Below are positions 47,576-56,158 of a stretch of DNA of 64,000 nucleotides, in pieces. The position numbers were made by a program, and so were the translations under genes. The notes beneath the pieces were generated by a model that worked only from the letters and a program-made list of their open reading frames with translations, was not told the DNA's origin and made no database searches. This DNA comes from Candidatus Merdivivens pullicola. Its GTDB lineage: Bacteria; Bacteroidota; Bacteroidia; Bacteroidales; UBA932. The first letter of the stretch is position 1. Each line of letters opens with the position of its first letter. The stretch lies in assembly GCA_017694945.1 (NCBI GenBank), contig JADIMA010000007.1, positions 1,722-65,721 of the forward strand, read 5' to 3'.

Positions 47576-48580
47576 ATGAAACAGGTTGAAAAAATAAGTC
47601 TTGCAAGTGTCCCGTTTTCAATAGAGAAAGAAGCCTGTGACAAATTGTACGCTTATCTTTCCGGGATTAATGCCCACTATAAAGAAATGGACGGAGGCAA
47701 TGAAATAATCGAAGGCATAGAGGAAAGGATGGCCGAACTGTTCAGGGAAAAGACTTCTGATGAAGGAGTGGTCGGCATGGAACTGGTTGAGGAAGTGATC
47801 AAAAGGATGGGAAAGCCTTCCGATATGGATTCGGAAATCCCGGAAGACGGCAAGCGCCCTTCCGTATCAAAAAGGCTTTACAGGGACATTGACAGCAAGG
47901 TTCTGTTTGGAGTATGCAGCGGGCTTGCCGCATATTTGAATATCGACAAAGTATATTTGCGGTTGATTTTTCTGGCACTGCTGTTTCTGGGATTTTTTAC
48001 GGATGGCGTGTTCTTCGGAGTGGCGGTTTTCCTTTATCTTGCATTCGCTATATCGATGCCGGCGGCTGTTACTGTGGAAGACAGGTGCAGGATGTACGGC
48101 GACAGTGTCGATATAGCCGGGATAGAAGAGAAGGTAAAGTACAGGTCGGATTCCGGACGCCATTCTATCCGTTCCCAAAAGGGGACTTCCGTAGTCGCTT
48201 CCGTAATAGTGAAACTGTTCGGGGTGCTGGTGCTGCTGACAGGTATTTCCGGCCTTGTTGCAGGTTCCTTGACGGCTTTATGGACGAACATGCTCAATGA
48301 TTATGTGTCGCATTGGGCGGATCTGGAGTTCATGGAATTGTACAGCGTCTATGTCCTGCCGATGCTTGGCAACATATGGTTCATGATTCTCATGTACCTT
48401 GTAGTGCTGATTCCATTCATTTGGATGATATACTGCGGGCTGAAACTCATTTTCGGCTTTAAGTCACCGAAGTGGCATCCCGGCCTTGTGATGGTTTTCG
48501 CATGGCTGGCGCTGGTGATAACAATGCTGGTCGTTGTCTCTTGCAACGTCTATGAGTTTTGGTATTTTTATAATCTTTAA
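47576..48580 (+). CDS. PspC domain-containing membrane protein (long paralog, multi-pass C-terminus)
   Basis: 334 aa. PspC motif RLYRDIDSKVLFGVCSGLAAYLNIDKVYLRLIFLAL, followed by about four further TM helices. Confidence 0.7.
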   Translation: MKQVEKISLASVPFSIEKEACDKLYAYLSGINAHYKEMDGGNEIIEGIEERMAELFREKTSDEGVVGMELVEEVIKRMGKPSDMDSEIPEDGKRPSVSKRLYRDIDSKVLFGVCSGLAAYLNIDKVYLRLIFLALLFLGFFTDGVFFGVAVFLYLAFAISMPAAVTVEDRCRMYGDSVDIAGIEEKVKYRSDSGRHSIRSQKGTSVVASVIVKLFGVLVLLTGISGLVAGSLTALWTNMLNDYVSHWADLEFMELYSVYVLPMLGNIWFMILMYLVVLIPFIWMIYCGLKLIFGFKSPKWHPGLVMVFAWLALVITMLVVVSCNVYEFWYFYNL

Positions 48581-48584
48581 TATG

Positions 48585-49382
48585 TCAGAAGATTCCGTAA
48601 ATTGCGGAGCCTGAACCGGACATTGATGCGTATGCCGCCCCTGCCTCGTAGAGCGAGTCTTTGATTGCTCTCAAGGCAGGGTGCTTTTTGAATATGTTCT
48701 CTTCGAAGTCGTTTACGACACGCCCTTTCCATTGTGAGATGTCCAGGCCGGAGACCAGTTCATGCAGTCTTGTTTCAGGGACTGACGGGGTAACACCGGA
48801 ATATGCCTCGGCGGTGGACACTGTTATGCCCGGTGTCACGACTCCAATCCTGCGGCCGGGTACGGGGTTTTGTATGGGGGTGAGGATTTCGCCCCGTCCT
48901 GTGGCCAGCATCGGCCGGTTGTAAATGAAGAAAGGTATGTCGCTTCCGATACGTGCCCCGTGCATGGCAAGTTGTTCGGGCGACAGGCCCAGTGAATATA
49001 TTTCATTGAGCATCCTTAATGTGAATGCAGCATCCGCCGAGCCCCCTCCAAGTCCTGCACCTGTCGGGATGCCTTTTGCAAGCACGATGTCCGCGCCGGT
49101 GAGGGGATAATGCGCCGCAAGTTCGTTGTAGGCCTTGATGCACAGGTCTTTGTCCTTGGGCCAGGAGTCTTCCGGCATGCTTTCTTCCGCTCTGTGTATC
49201 TTCAATGTCGTCAGTCCGTCTGTCCGTGGGGTAATCTCAAGCCTGTCCTTCAATTCCCCCTCATGGTAGCCGTACTCTTCGGTCAAGGGTATGAAAACGG
49301 TCTCGATGTCGTGAAAACCGTCGTCGCGGCGTTTCAGGATATTGAGACCGATGTTTATTTTAGGATTCGGAAAAGTTATCAT
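48585..49382 (-). CDS. ispE: 4-(cytidine 5'-diphospho)-2-C-methyl-D-erythritol kinase
   Basis: KINIGLNILKRRDDGFHDIETVF and the GHMP motif PTGAGLGGGSADAA. The start is set at MITFPNPK (ATG at 49382), which overlaps the nrdJ stop as ATGA. Confidence 0.8.
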   Translation of the reverse strand: MITFPNPKINIGLNILKRRDDGFHDIETVFIPLTEEYGYHEGELKDRLEITPRTDGLTTLKIHRAEESMPEDSWPKDKDLCIKAYNELAAHYPLTGADIVLAKGIPTGAGLGGGSADAAFTLRMLNEIYSLGLSPEQLAMHGARIGSDIPFFIYNRPMLATGRGEILTPIQNPVPGRRIGVVTPGITVSTAEAYSGVTPSVPETRLHELVSGLDISQWKGRVVNDFEENIFKKHPALRAIKDSLYEAGAAYASMSGSGSAIYGIF

Positions 49383-51907
49383 CCGCATTTCGAGTATCCG
49401 CAATCCATGCAGACGAGGCAGCCTTCCTGGTAAACAAGGTTCTGTGAGCCGCACTGGCCGCATTTCTTGCCGGTTTCATCTTTTGTACCGTTAGGAATGT
49501 ACCTCTTCAGGGCGCGTTCTACGCCGTTCTTCCATGTGTTTATGGAGTCGGAGTCGAGTTCCAGCCCCTGTACGAGGTTGAGTATGTCAACGATAGGCAT
49601 GCCGTTGCGGATGACACCCGAAATAAGTTTCGCATAGTTCCAGAACTCCTTGTTGAACATGTGCGAGATGCCGCCTACGACATTTTCATAGCCGTATTTG
49701 TCCATATAGTGGAAATCGTAGCGGGATTTGCCTCCGTTCGGATTTTTCTTCTTGACAATCCAGCCGTGGTCTATTGCGGCAGGTATGTGCCGGCTGTCGT
49801 CATCGACAAGACCTGTGAAGATTTCGTAAGGACGGCCTTCCATGAGTCCGACGAGTGCTATCCAGTTTTCCTTCCCGTTGCGGAATCTTATGACATCGGC
49901 TTCAAGGGATACAGGCCTCTTCCGTGGATGGCGGTATGTGTCCTTGTCCTTTTCCTTGTTGGACACGAGGACTCCGGAGCGGGAACCTTCACGATATACG
50001 GTGATTCCCTTGCAGCCCGACTCCCATGCGGTCTGATATACTTTGGCCACCATTTCTTCGGTGATGTCGGACGGGAGGTTGACGGTAACGCTAATGGAGT
50101 GATCCACCCATTTCTGTATCTGGCCCTGCATCCTTACTTTTGCGACCCAGTCTATGTCTGCGCTTGTAGCCTTGTTGTAAGGCGATTCGGCTACAAGTTC
50201 GGCCAGTTCGTCGGGGGTCATGCTCTTGACCTGATCTATGTTGTATCCCGCTATTTCACACCAGGTGAGGAATTTGTGGTGGAATACGTAATACTCTTCA
50301 AAGCAGTCTCCCTGTTCGTCTTTGTATGAAATCCTGACATTCTTGTCGTTAGGGTTTACTTTCTTGCGGCGCGTATAGAACGGAAGGAATACCGGTTCTA
50401 TGCCTGAAGTGGTCTGGCTCATGAGACTGGTAGTTCCGGTAGGGGCGATAGTAAGCATCGAGATGTTGCGCCTGCCGTATTTTACCATGTCTTCGTAGAG
50501 TTGTCCGTCGGCTTCCTTTATTCGGAGTATCATCGGATTGTTTTCTTCCCTGCGGTAGTCGAAAATAGGGAAGGCCCCTCTTTCTTTTGCCATTTCGACA
50601 GAACATCTGTATGCTTCGACTGCCAGGGTTTTCTGCACCTTGACGGCGAATTCTATCGCATCATTGCTGCCGTATCTTATGCCGAGCGCCGCGAGCATGT
50701 CTCCTTCTGCGGTGATGCCCAGTCCCGTGCGGCGGCCTCCGGAGGATTTTTTTCGGATCTTTTCCCAGAGTTCGAGTTCCGTCCTCTTTATGTCCATGTC
50801 TTCAGGATCGTCCGTTATTTTCTTGATGATGAGGTCGATCTTTTCCATTTCAAGATCAACGAGGTCGTCCATCATCCTCATAGCCTTGCGGACATGCTGT
50901 TTGAACAGGTCAAAGTCAAAATATGCCTTGTCCGTAAACGGATTTGCCACGTATGAGTAAAGGTTGATGGCTATCAGGCGGCAGCTGTCGTAAGGGCAGA
51001 GCGGTATTTCGCCGCAAGGGTTGGTGCTGACAGTCCTGTAGCCGAGATCGGCGTAGCAGTCGGCAACCGATTCGCGGAGCACTGTATCCCAGAAAAGAAC
51101 TCCCGGTTCGGCTGACTTCCATGCGTTGTGGATGATTTTTTCCCATAACGCGGACGCCTCGATGTCCTTCCCGTATTTTTCAGGCAGGGCCGGGTCGATA
51201 GGAAAACGTTGATGGTATTCCTTGTGCGAAAGGGCCGCTTTCATGAATTCGTCATCCACCTTTATGGAAACATTGGCCCCGGTTATCTTGCCCGGCTGCA
51301 TCTTGGCGTCTATGAAACGTTCGGCATCAGGATGCTTGATTGAAAGCGTGAGCATTAATGCACCGCGTCTTCCGTCCTGGGCCACCTCCCGTGTAGAGTT
51401 GGAATATCTCTCCATGAAAGGGACTATGCCGGTGGAAGTGAGGGCGCTGTTCATGACAGGAGAGCCGGTAGGCCTAATGTGCGAAAGGTCGTGTCCTACG
51501 CCTCCGCGACGTTTCATGAGTTGCACCTGCTCTTCGTCTATCTTCATGATTCCTCCGTATGAATCGGCCGGATTCTCGGAGCCTATTACGAAACAGTTCG
51601 ACAGTGACGCCACCTGATGGTCGTTTCCGATTCCGGCCATCGGCCCTCCTTGTGGAATGATGTACTTGAAACGGTCAAGGAGTTCAAAGATTTCATCTTC
51701 GGAAAGGGGGTTGGGATAATTGTTTTCTATCCTTGCAAACTCTTTTGCAAGGCGGTGGTGCATTTCCTCCGGATTTTTTTCATAAATATGTCCGAAAGAG
51801 TCTTTCTGGGCATATTTGTTAATCCATACCGAAGCGGCCAGTTCATCACCCTTGAAGTATTCGCGGCTGCTTTCAAGGGCTTCGTCATAAGCGACTGTCT
51901 TTTCCAT
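49379..51907 (-). CDS. nrdJ: Adenosylcobalamin-dependent (class II) ribonucleotide reductase
   Basis: About 842 aa. Active-site loop TNPCGEIPL and a C-terminal Cys4 zinc ribbon CGQCGS...CLVCMDCG. The start is probably MEKTVAYDEAL; the ORF extends to 51937. Confidence 0.85.
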   Translation of the reverse strand: MEKTVAYDEALESSREYFKGDELAASVWINKYAQKDSFGHIYEKNPEEMHHRLAKEFARIENNYPNPLSEDEIFELLDRFKYIIPQGGPMAGIGNDHQVASLSNCFVIGSENPADSYGGIMKIDEEQVQLMKRRGGVGHDLSHIRPTGSPVMNSALTSTGIVPFMERYSNSTREVAQDGRRGALMLTLSIKHPDAERFIDAKMQPGKITGANVSIKVDDEFMKAALSHKEYHQRFPIDPALPEKYGKDIEASALWEKIIHNAWKSAEPGVLFWDTVLRESVADCYADLGYRTVSTNPCGEIPLCPYDSCRLIAINLYSYVANPFTDKAYFDFDLFKQHVRKAMRMMDDLVDLEMEKIDLIIKKITDDPEDMDIKRTELELWEKIRKKSSGGRRTGLGITAEGDMLAALGIRYGSNDAIEFAVKVQKTLAVEAYRCSVEMAKERGAFPIFDYRREENNPMILRIKEADGQLYEDMVKYGRRNISMLTIAPTGTTSLMSQTTSGIEPVFLPFYTRRKKVNPNDKNVRISYKDEQGDCFEEYYVFHHKFLTWCEIAGYNIDQVKSMTPDELAELVAESPYNKATSADIDWVAKVRMQGQIQKWVDHSISVTVNLPSDITEEMVAKVYQTAWESGCKGITVYREGSRSGVLVSNKEKDKDTYRHPRKRPVSLEADVIRFRNGKENWIALVGLMEGRPYEIFTGLVDDDSRHIPAAIDHGWIVKKKNPNGGKSRYDFHYMDKYGYENVVGGISHMFNKEFWNYAKLISGVIRNGMPIVDILNLVQGLELDSDSINTWKNGVERALKRYIPNGTKDETGKKCGQCGSQNLVYQEGCLVCMDCGYSKCG

Positions 51908-51973
51908 CATGAGTTGTTTTTCGTAAAAGGAATACAAAGATATATTATATCATGACAAGAACGAAGTGAAAAC

Positions 51974-52666
51974 TCAAATACTTGTGAAAAAGTTATTAAC
52001 ATGTTGTTTAATATACTCTTTTTCAGTACTTTCAGGTATTAATTCGATAACAGGGGACACGAATGCCTGCAGGAGTATTTCGCGTGCCTGTTTTTCAGGG
52101 ATTCCTCTCGAACGCATGTAGAAGATTTCGTTTTCGTCGAGTTTTCCGATGGTCGCTCCATGGGAACATTTCACATCATCGGCATATATTTCCAGTTGCG
52201 GAAGGGTCTCTACTTTCGCGTTTTCGTTTAACAATATGCTGTGGCTTTCCTGATAGGCTTCGGTTTTCTGAGCCCCGGGGGATACAATGATTTTCCCGTG
52301 GAAGGCGCATTTCGCGTTTCCAGCGGCGATTGTTCTGAATGACTGTGTGCTTGAACAGCCCGCAGAGACATGCCTTATGTCCAGGTGGATGTCCGAGGTG
52401 CTGTTTCCGTTGCACAGTATTGCTCCTGATACCTTGCAGGCTGCCCCTTCTCCGCTAAGGCGGATGTCCGAGGCGAGAGAGAACTTGTCGGCCCTGTCGC
52501 TTCCCGGTACGGATACAATGATGATTTCAAGGCTTCCTCCGGCTTGAACCTCTATTTTTTGAGGAAATTGCTCTTTGCGTTCTCCGCCTGGGCAATGGAT
52601 TATCCTGAATACGGTATGCTCTCCGTTCCTGATTGTCAATCCTGTGTTTGCTGCGTCGTAGTTCAT
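51974..52666 (-). CDS. sufD: Fe-S cluster assembly protein SufD, unusually short form
   Basis: The C-terminal beta-helix/helical part is clearly SufB/D-like (LEIYADDVKCSHGATIGKLDENEIFYMRSRGI). The start is set at MNYDAANTG, 4 nt after the sufC stop, giving 230 aa. Confidence 0.7.
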   Translation of the reverse strand: MNYDAANTGLTIRNGEHTVFRIIHCPGGERKEQFPQKIEVQAGGSLEIIIVSVPGSDRADKFSLASDIRLSGEGAACKVSGAILCNGNSTSDIHLDIRHVSAGCSSTQSFRTIAAGNAKCAFHGKIIVSPGAQKTEAYQESHSILLNENAKVETLPQLEIYADDVKCSHGATIGKLDENEIFYMRSRGIPEKQAREILLQAFVSPVIELIPESTEKEYIKQHVNNFFTSI

Positions 52667-52670
52667 GGCC

Positions 52671-53423
52671 TTATCTGTTGATGATCCAATCATAACCACG
52701 TTCTTCAATTTCTTTGGCGAGTTCTTTCCCGGCTTCATAGACGATGCGTCCTGCTGCGAGTACGTGTACTTTGTCCGGCACTATCATGTCAAGGAGCCTT
52801 TCGTAGTGGGTTATGACGATTGCCGATGTGTCCGGGCGTTTGAGGCTGTTGACTCCGGCGGCTACGATTTTCATTGCATCTACATCCAGTCCGCTGTCTG
52901 TCTCATCAAGGATGGCCAGTGTAGGCTCAAGCATGGCCATCTGGAATACTTCGTTGCGTTTCTTTTCCCCTCCTGAAAATCCTACGTTCACATCCCTTTT
53001 TGCAAAGTCGCTTTTCATCTGGACGAGTTGCATCTTTTCTTTCATGAGTTTAAGGAACTCGCTGCCGGTTAGCGGCTCAAGTCCTTTTGCTTCGCGGTGT
53101 GCGTTCACTGCGGCTTTCATGAAATTGGCATTGGACACGCCGGGAATTTCAACAGGGTACTGGAAACTAAGGAAGATGCCTTCCCTGCTTCTTTCTTCCG
53201 GCGACATCTTCAGGAGGTTTTTGCCTTTGAAAATGATTTCTCCTTGGGTTACTTCGTATCTGTCCCTGCCGGTAAGTACGGCGGACAGCGTGCTTTTACC
53301 GGCTCCGTTCGGCCCCATTATGGCGTGTATCTCGCCTTCGTTTATGGTGAGGTCTATGCCTTTGAGTATTTCTTTGCCTTCAATGCTTGCGTGAAGGCCG
53401 CGTATTTCAAGTAAGTTTTTCAT
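52671..53423 (-). CDS. sufC: Fe-S cluster assembly ATPase SufC
   Basis: 250 aa with Walker A GPNGAGKST, FSGGEKKRNE and Walker B ILDETDSGLD. Confidence 0.9.
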   Translation of the reverse strand: MKNLLEIRGLHASIEGKEILKGIDLTINEGEIHAIMGPNGAGKSTLSAVLTGRDRYEVTQGEIIFKGKNLLKMSPEERSREGIFLSFQYPVEIPGVSNANFMKAAVNAHREAKGLEPLTGSEFLKLMKEKMQLVQMKSDFAKRDVNVGFSGGEKKRNEVFQMAMLEPTLAILDETDSGLDVDAMKIVAAGVNSLKRPDTSAIVITHYERLLDMIVPDKVHVLAAGRIVYEAGKELAKEIEERGYDWIINR

Positions 53424-53440
53424 AATCTAATAAATAATTT

Positions 53441-54886
53441 TTATCCCACACTTCCCTCAAGCGATACTGAAAGCAGTTTCTGTGCTTCCATTGCGAACTC
53501 CATAGGGAGTTTTGCCAGAACTTCTTTAGCGTATCCGTTGACTATCAGTCCTACAGCGTCTTCTTCGCTTATGCCTCTCTGGCGGGCATAAAAGAGTTGG
53601 TCTTCACTTATTTTCGAAGTGGTGGCTTCGTGTTCGACAATGGCATCAGGACAACTGCTCTGTATGACTGGGAATGTATGCGCACCGCAATGGTCTCCGA
53701 TTAGAAGGCTGTCGCACTGCGAATAGTTTCTTGCATTGGAGGCTGTTTTCGTAAATCGTACAAGTCCCCTGTAACTGTTCTGGCTCTTGCCTGCGGAAAT
53801 GCCTTTGCTGACTATGCGGCTGCGTGTGTTCCTGCCTATGTGTATCATCTTGGTGCCTGTATCGGCCTGCTGGAAATTGTTGGTAAGGGCTACCGAGTAA
53901 AACTCCGACACCGAATCGTTCCCTTTGAGGATGGTACTCGGGTATTTCCATGTGATTGCCGAACCCGTTTCAACCTGTGTCCAGAACAGGCGGCTGCGGT
54001 CTCCTTTGCAGATGCCCCTCTTGGTCACAAAATTGTATATTCCTCCTCGCCCCTGTTTGTCTCCTGGATACCAGTTCTGTACAGTGGAGTATTTTACTTC
54101 GGCATCGTCCATGACAACTATCTCGACTACAGCCGCATGCAATTGGTTTTCATCCCTCATCGGAGCGGTGCATCCTTCAAGATAACTTACATACGAACCT
54201 TCGTCTGCCACGATAAGCGTTCTTTCAAATTGTCCTGTCCCCCTTGCGTTAATCCTGAAATAACTTGAAAGTTCCATCGGACATTTTACCCCTTTCGGTA
54301 TATATACGAAAGAGCCGTCGCTGAATACGGCGGAGTTGAGGGCTGCAAAGTAGTTGTCTGCGGCTGGGACTACACTGGCTAGGTACTTCCTTACCAGTTC
54401 CGGATGTTCTTTCACGGCTTCCGAGAATGAACAGAATATAATGCCTTTTTCCGAAAGCACCTGTCTGTAAGTCGTAGTAACTGAAACCGAATCGAATACG
54501 GCATCTACTGCCACTCCTGCAAGCACCTCCCTTTCGTGAAGTGGAATGCCAAGTTTCTCGAATGTTTCAGCAAGTGCAGGGTCTATCTCTTTCGGTCTGT
54601 CCTTGTCGCTTTTTGGTGCTGCATAATATACTATGTCCTGATAGTCTATCGGGGGAATTTCCAGATGCGCCCATGTGGGCATCTTCATCTTACACCAGCG
54701 TCTGTAGGCTTCAAGACGGAATTCCAGAAGCCATTCAGGTTCTTGCTTTTTTGTAGAAATAAGCCTTATGATGTCTTCGTTCAGTCCCTTGGGGATGAAC
54801 TCCTGTTCGACATCCGTTGTAAAACCGTGTTCGTATTCGTCGTTTTCGGTTATATTTTTGATAATATCGTCTTCTTTTTCTTTCAT
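53441..54886 (-). CDS. sufB: Fe-S cluster assembly scaffold protein SufB
   Basis: 481 aa from MKEKEDDII, with SufB blocks throughout. The longer ORF start at 54919 lies inside a terminator hairpin and upstream of the -7 box. Confidence 0.9.
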   Translation of the reverse strand: MKEKEDDIIKNITENDEYEHGFTTDVEQEFIPKGLNEDIIRLISTKKQEPEWLLEFRLEAYRRWCKMKMPTWAHLEIPPIDYQDIVYYAAPKSDKDRPKEIDPALAETFEKLGIPLHEREVLAGVAVDAVFDSVSVTTTYRQVLSEKGIIFCSFSEAVKEHPELVRKYLASVVPAADNYFAALNSAVFSDGSFVYIPKGVKCPMELSSYFRINARGTGQFERTLIVADEGSYVSYLEGCTAPMRDENQLHAAVVEIVVMDDAEVKYSTVQNWYPGDKQGRGGIYNFVTKRGICKGDRSRLFWTQVETGSAITWKYPSTILKGNDSVSEFYSVALTNNFQQADTGTKMIHIGRNTRSRIVSKGISAGKSQNSYRGLVRFTKTASNARNYSQCDSLLIGDHCGAHTFPVIQSSCPDAIVEHEATTSKISEDQLFYARQRGISEEDAVGLIVNGYAKEVLAKLPMEFAMEAQKLLSVSLEGSVG

Positions 54887-54893
54887 GATGGTG

Positions 54894-54901
54894 CAAAAAT
54901 A
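54894..54901 (-). promoter_or_regulatory. -7 promoter box TATTTTTG for sufBCD
   Basis: Exact TAnnTTTG on the minus strand, 7 nt (CACCATC) before the sufB ATG at 54886. Confidence 0.5.
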
Positions 54902-54956
54902 GAAAGAAGCAGAGAGCAATGCAAAAGAATTTATTCAATTTTGCATTGCTCTCTGC
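54895..54956 (-). terminator. Strong rho-independent terminator closing the lipoprotein operon
   Basis: Perfect 18-bp stem GCAGAGAGCAATGCAAAA (54909-54926) / TTTTGCATTGCTCTCTGC (54939-54956), followed on the minus strand by a T-rich tail. Confidence 0.8.
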
Positions 54957-55005
54957 ATGGTATGCCAATTTGCTATGTGGTGCTATTCTGAGATGTTTTC
55001 ACATT

Positions 55006-56145
55006 CTATCTTGATGTCCCTGATGAATCCGAAGGGGTAACGAGGTCTCCATTATACAATTGTGGAGTGAAAAATCTTACATCGTTGTCCAACGGTTCGC
55101 ATCCTACGGCAAAGAGTATGTATTCGGTATTCGGCGTGAGATGGTCGAATGTATCGTATTCAGGGCCTACGGATGCAAAGTGTTTCATGTAAGTGTCGAT
55201 TGATATTCCCACTTCCGCGCATACATCACGGATGTACTGTGCAAGGTCTTCCTTATAGTACTCGTATTCTTCTACTGTAATGAGATTGAAGAAATAATAG
55301 GCTTGATTGTCGGACGGGTATATTTCCACGAAAATCGAGTAACTGTCAAGTACGTTGGCGTACATTTCGAATGTGATGTTTTCGTTTATTTCTCCTTCCG
55401 GGGTCTCTACATCGTGGCGGAATACATCGCTGGTTATTTCCTGTCCGTCATATCCGAACAGCATGAGAGAGTATTGTTGACCGGGGCGTATGTTCGTTTC
55501 AAATATTATTGACTCCGTTCCACGGAGAATATCGGCACCTCCCGAATAGCCGATGAGTGCATACACGATTTCTTCGAGGTTGCCTTCGTATGGCTCAATG
55601 GTTTCCGTATCGGTCAATATGTAACTGTAATCGGCTGTCTGGTCTGAAGGTACGAATGTAAAAGAGATTGATGTGCAGGTTATCACTTCGTCTTCTATAG
55701 TGAACGTAAGTCCTTCCGGGTCTGGCTCGGGTTCAGGGTCGGGATCTGGATCCGGTTCGGGCTCTTTGTTAGTGCTTTCAAGGGTTTTTACAATGATTTC
55801 GCTCCACTCGGAATCAGTCACCCCTTCAGCTGTTGAAACGGCTTTTACAGATACGGAGTATTCCGTGTCCGCTTCCAGCCCTTTGAAATCTATAAAAGTT
55901 TCTTTTATGGTGTTTTCTTCTCCGGAGAACAGGTAGATGTATTCTTCAGCACCTCCGATGGCTTTCCATTTGACTGTGAAAGATGAATCGGATATGTTGG
56001 CGGATTCAAGCACAGGTGCTGCCAGAGTGTCGGCTGTCTCCGGTTCAGGAGGAATCGGGTTGTCCTTGTCGCATGAAGTCAGACTGTAGCCTAATGTCAT
56101 AATCGCCAATAAAAAGGCGCAGGTTTTAGAAAAATTTGTAGTCAT
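55006..56145 (-). CDS. Surface lipoprotein: FN3 domain, acidic (E/D-P)n linker, two copies of an unassigned module
   Basis: 379 aa with lipobox SLTSC. FN3-like SSFTVKWKAIGGAEEYIY...TEYSVSVKAV and linker EPEPDPDPDPEPEPDPE. It is a paralog of the upstream gene. Confidence 0.6.
   Translation of the reverse strand: MTTNFSKTCAFLLAIMTLGYSLTSCDKDNPIPPEPETADTLAAPVLESANISDSSFTVKWKAIGGAEEYIYLFSGEENTIKETFIDFKGLEADTEYSVSVKAVSTAEGVTDSEWSEIIVKTLESTNKEPEPDPDPDPEPEPDPEGLTFTIEDEVITCTSISFTFVPSDQTADYSYILTDTETIEPYEGNLEEIVYALIGYSGGADILRGTESIIFETNIRPGQQYSLMLFGYDGQEITSDVFRHDVETPEGEINENITFEMYANVLDSYSIFVEIYPSDNQAYYFFNLITVEEYEYYKEDLAQYIRDVCAEVGISIDTYMKHFASVGPEYDTFDHLTPNTEYILFAVGCEPLDNDVRFFTPQLYNGDLVTPSDSSGTSR
55718..55765. 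repeat. Imperfect hexanucleotide microsatellite (GGNTCN)x8 encoding the (E/D-P) linker
   Basis: gggtct ggctcg ggttca gggtcg ggatct ggatcc ggttcg ggctct, read directly from the sequence. On the minus strand it encodes EPEPDPDPDPEPEPDP. Confidence 0.85.
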
Positions 56146-56158
56146 GATATTAAATGGG

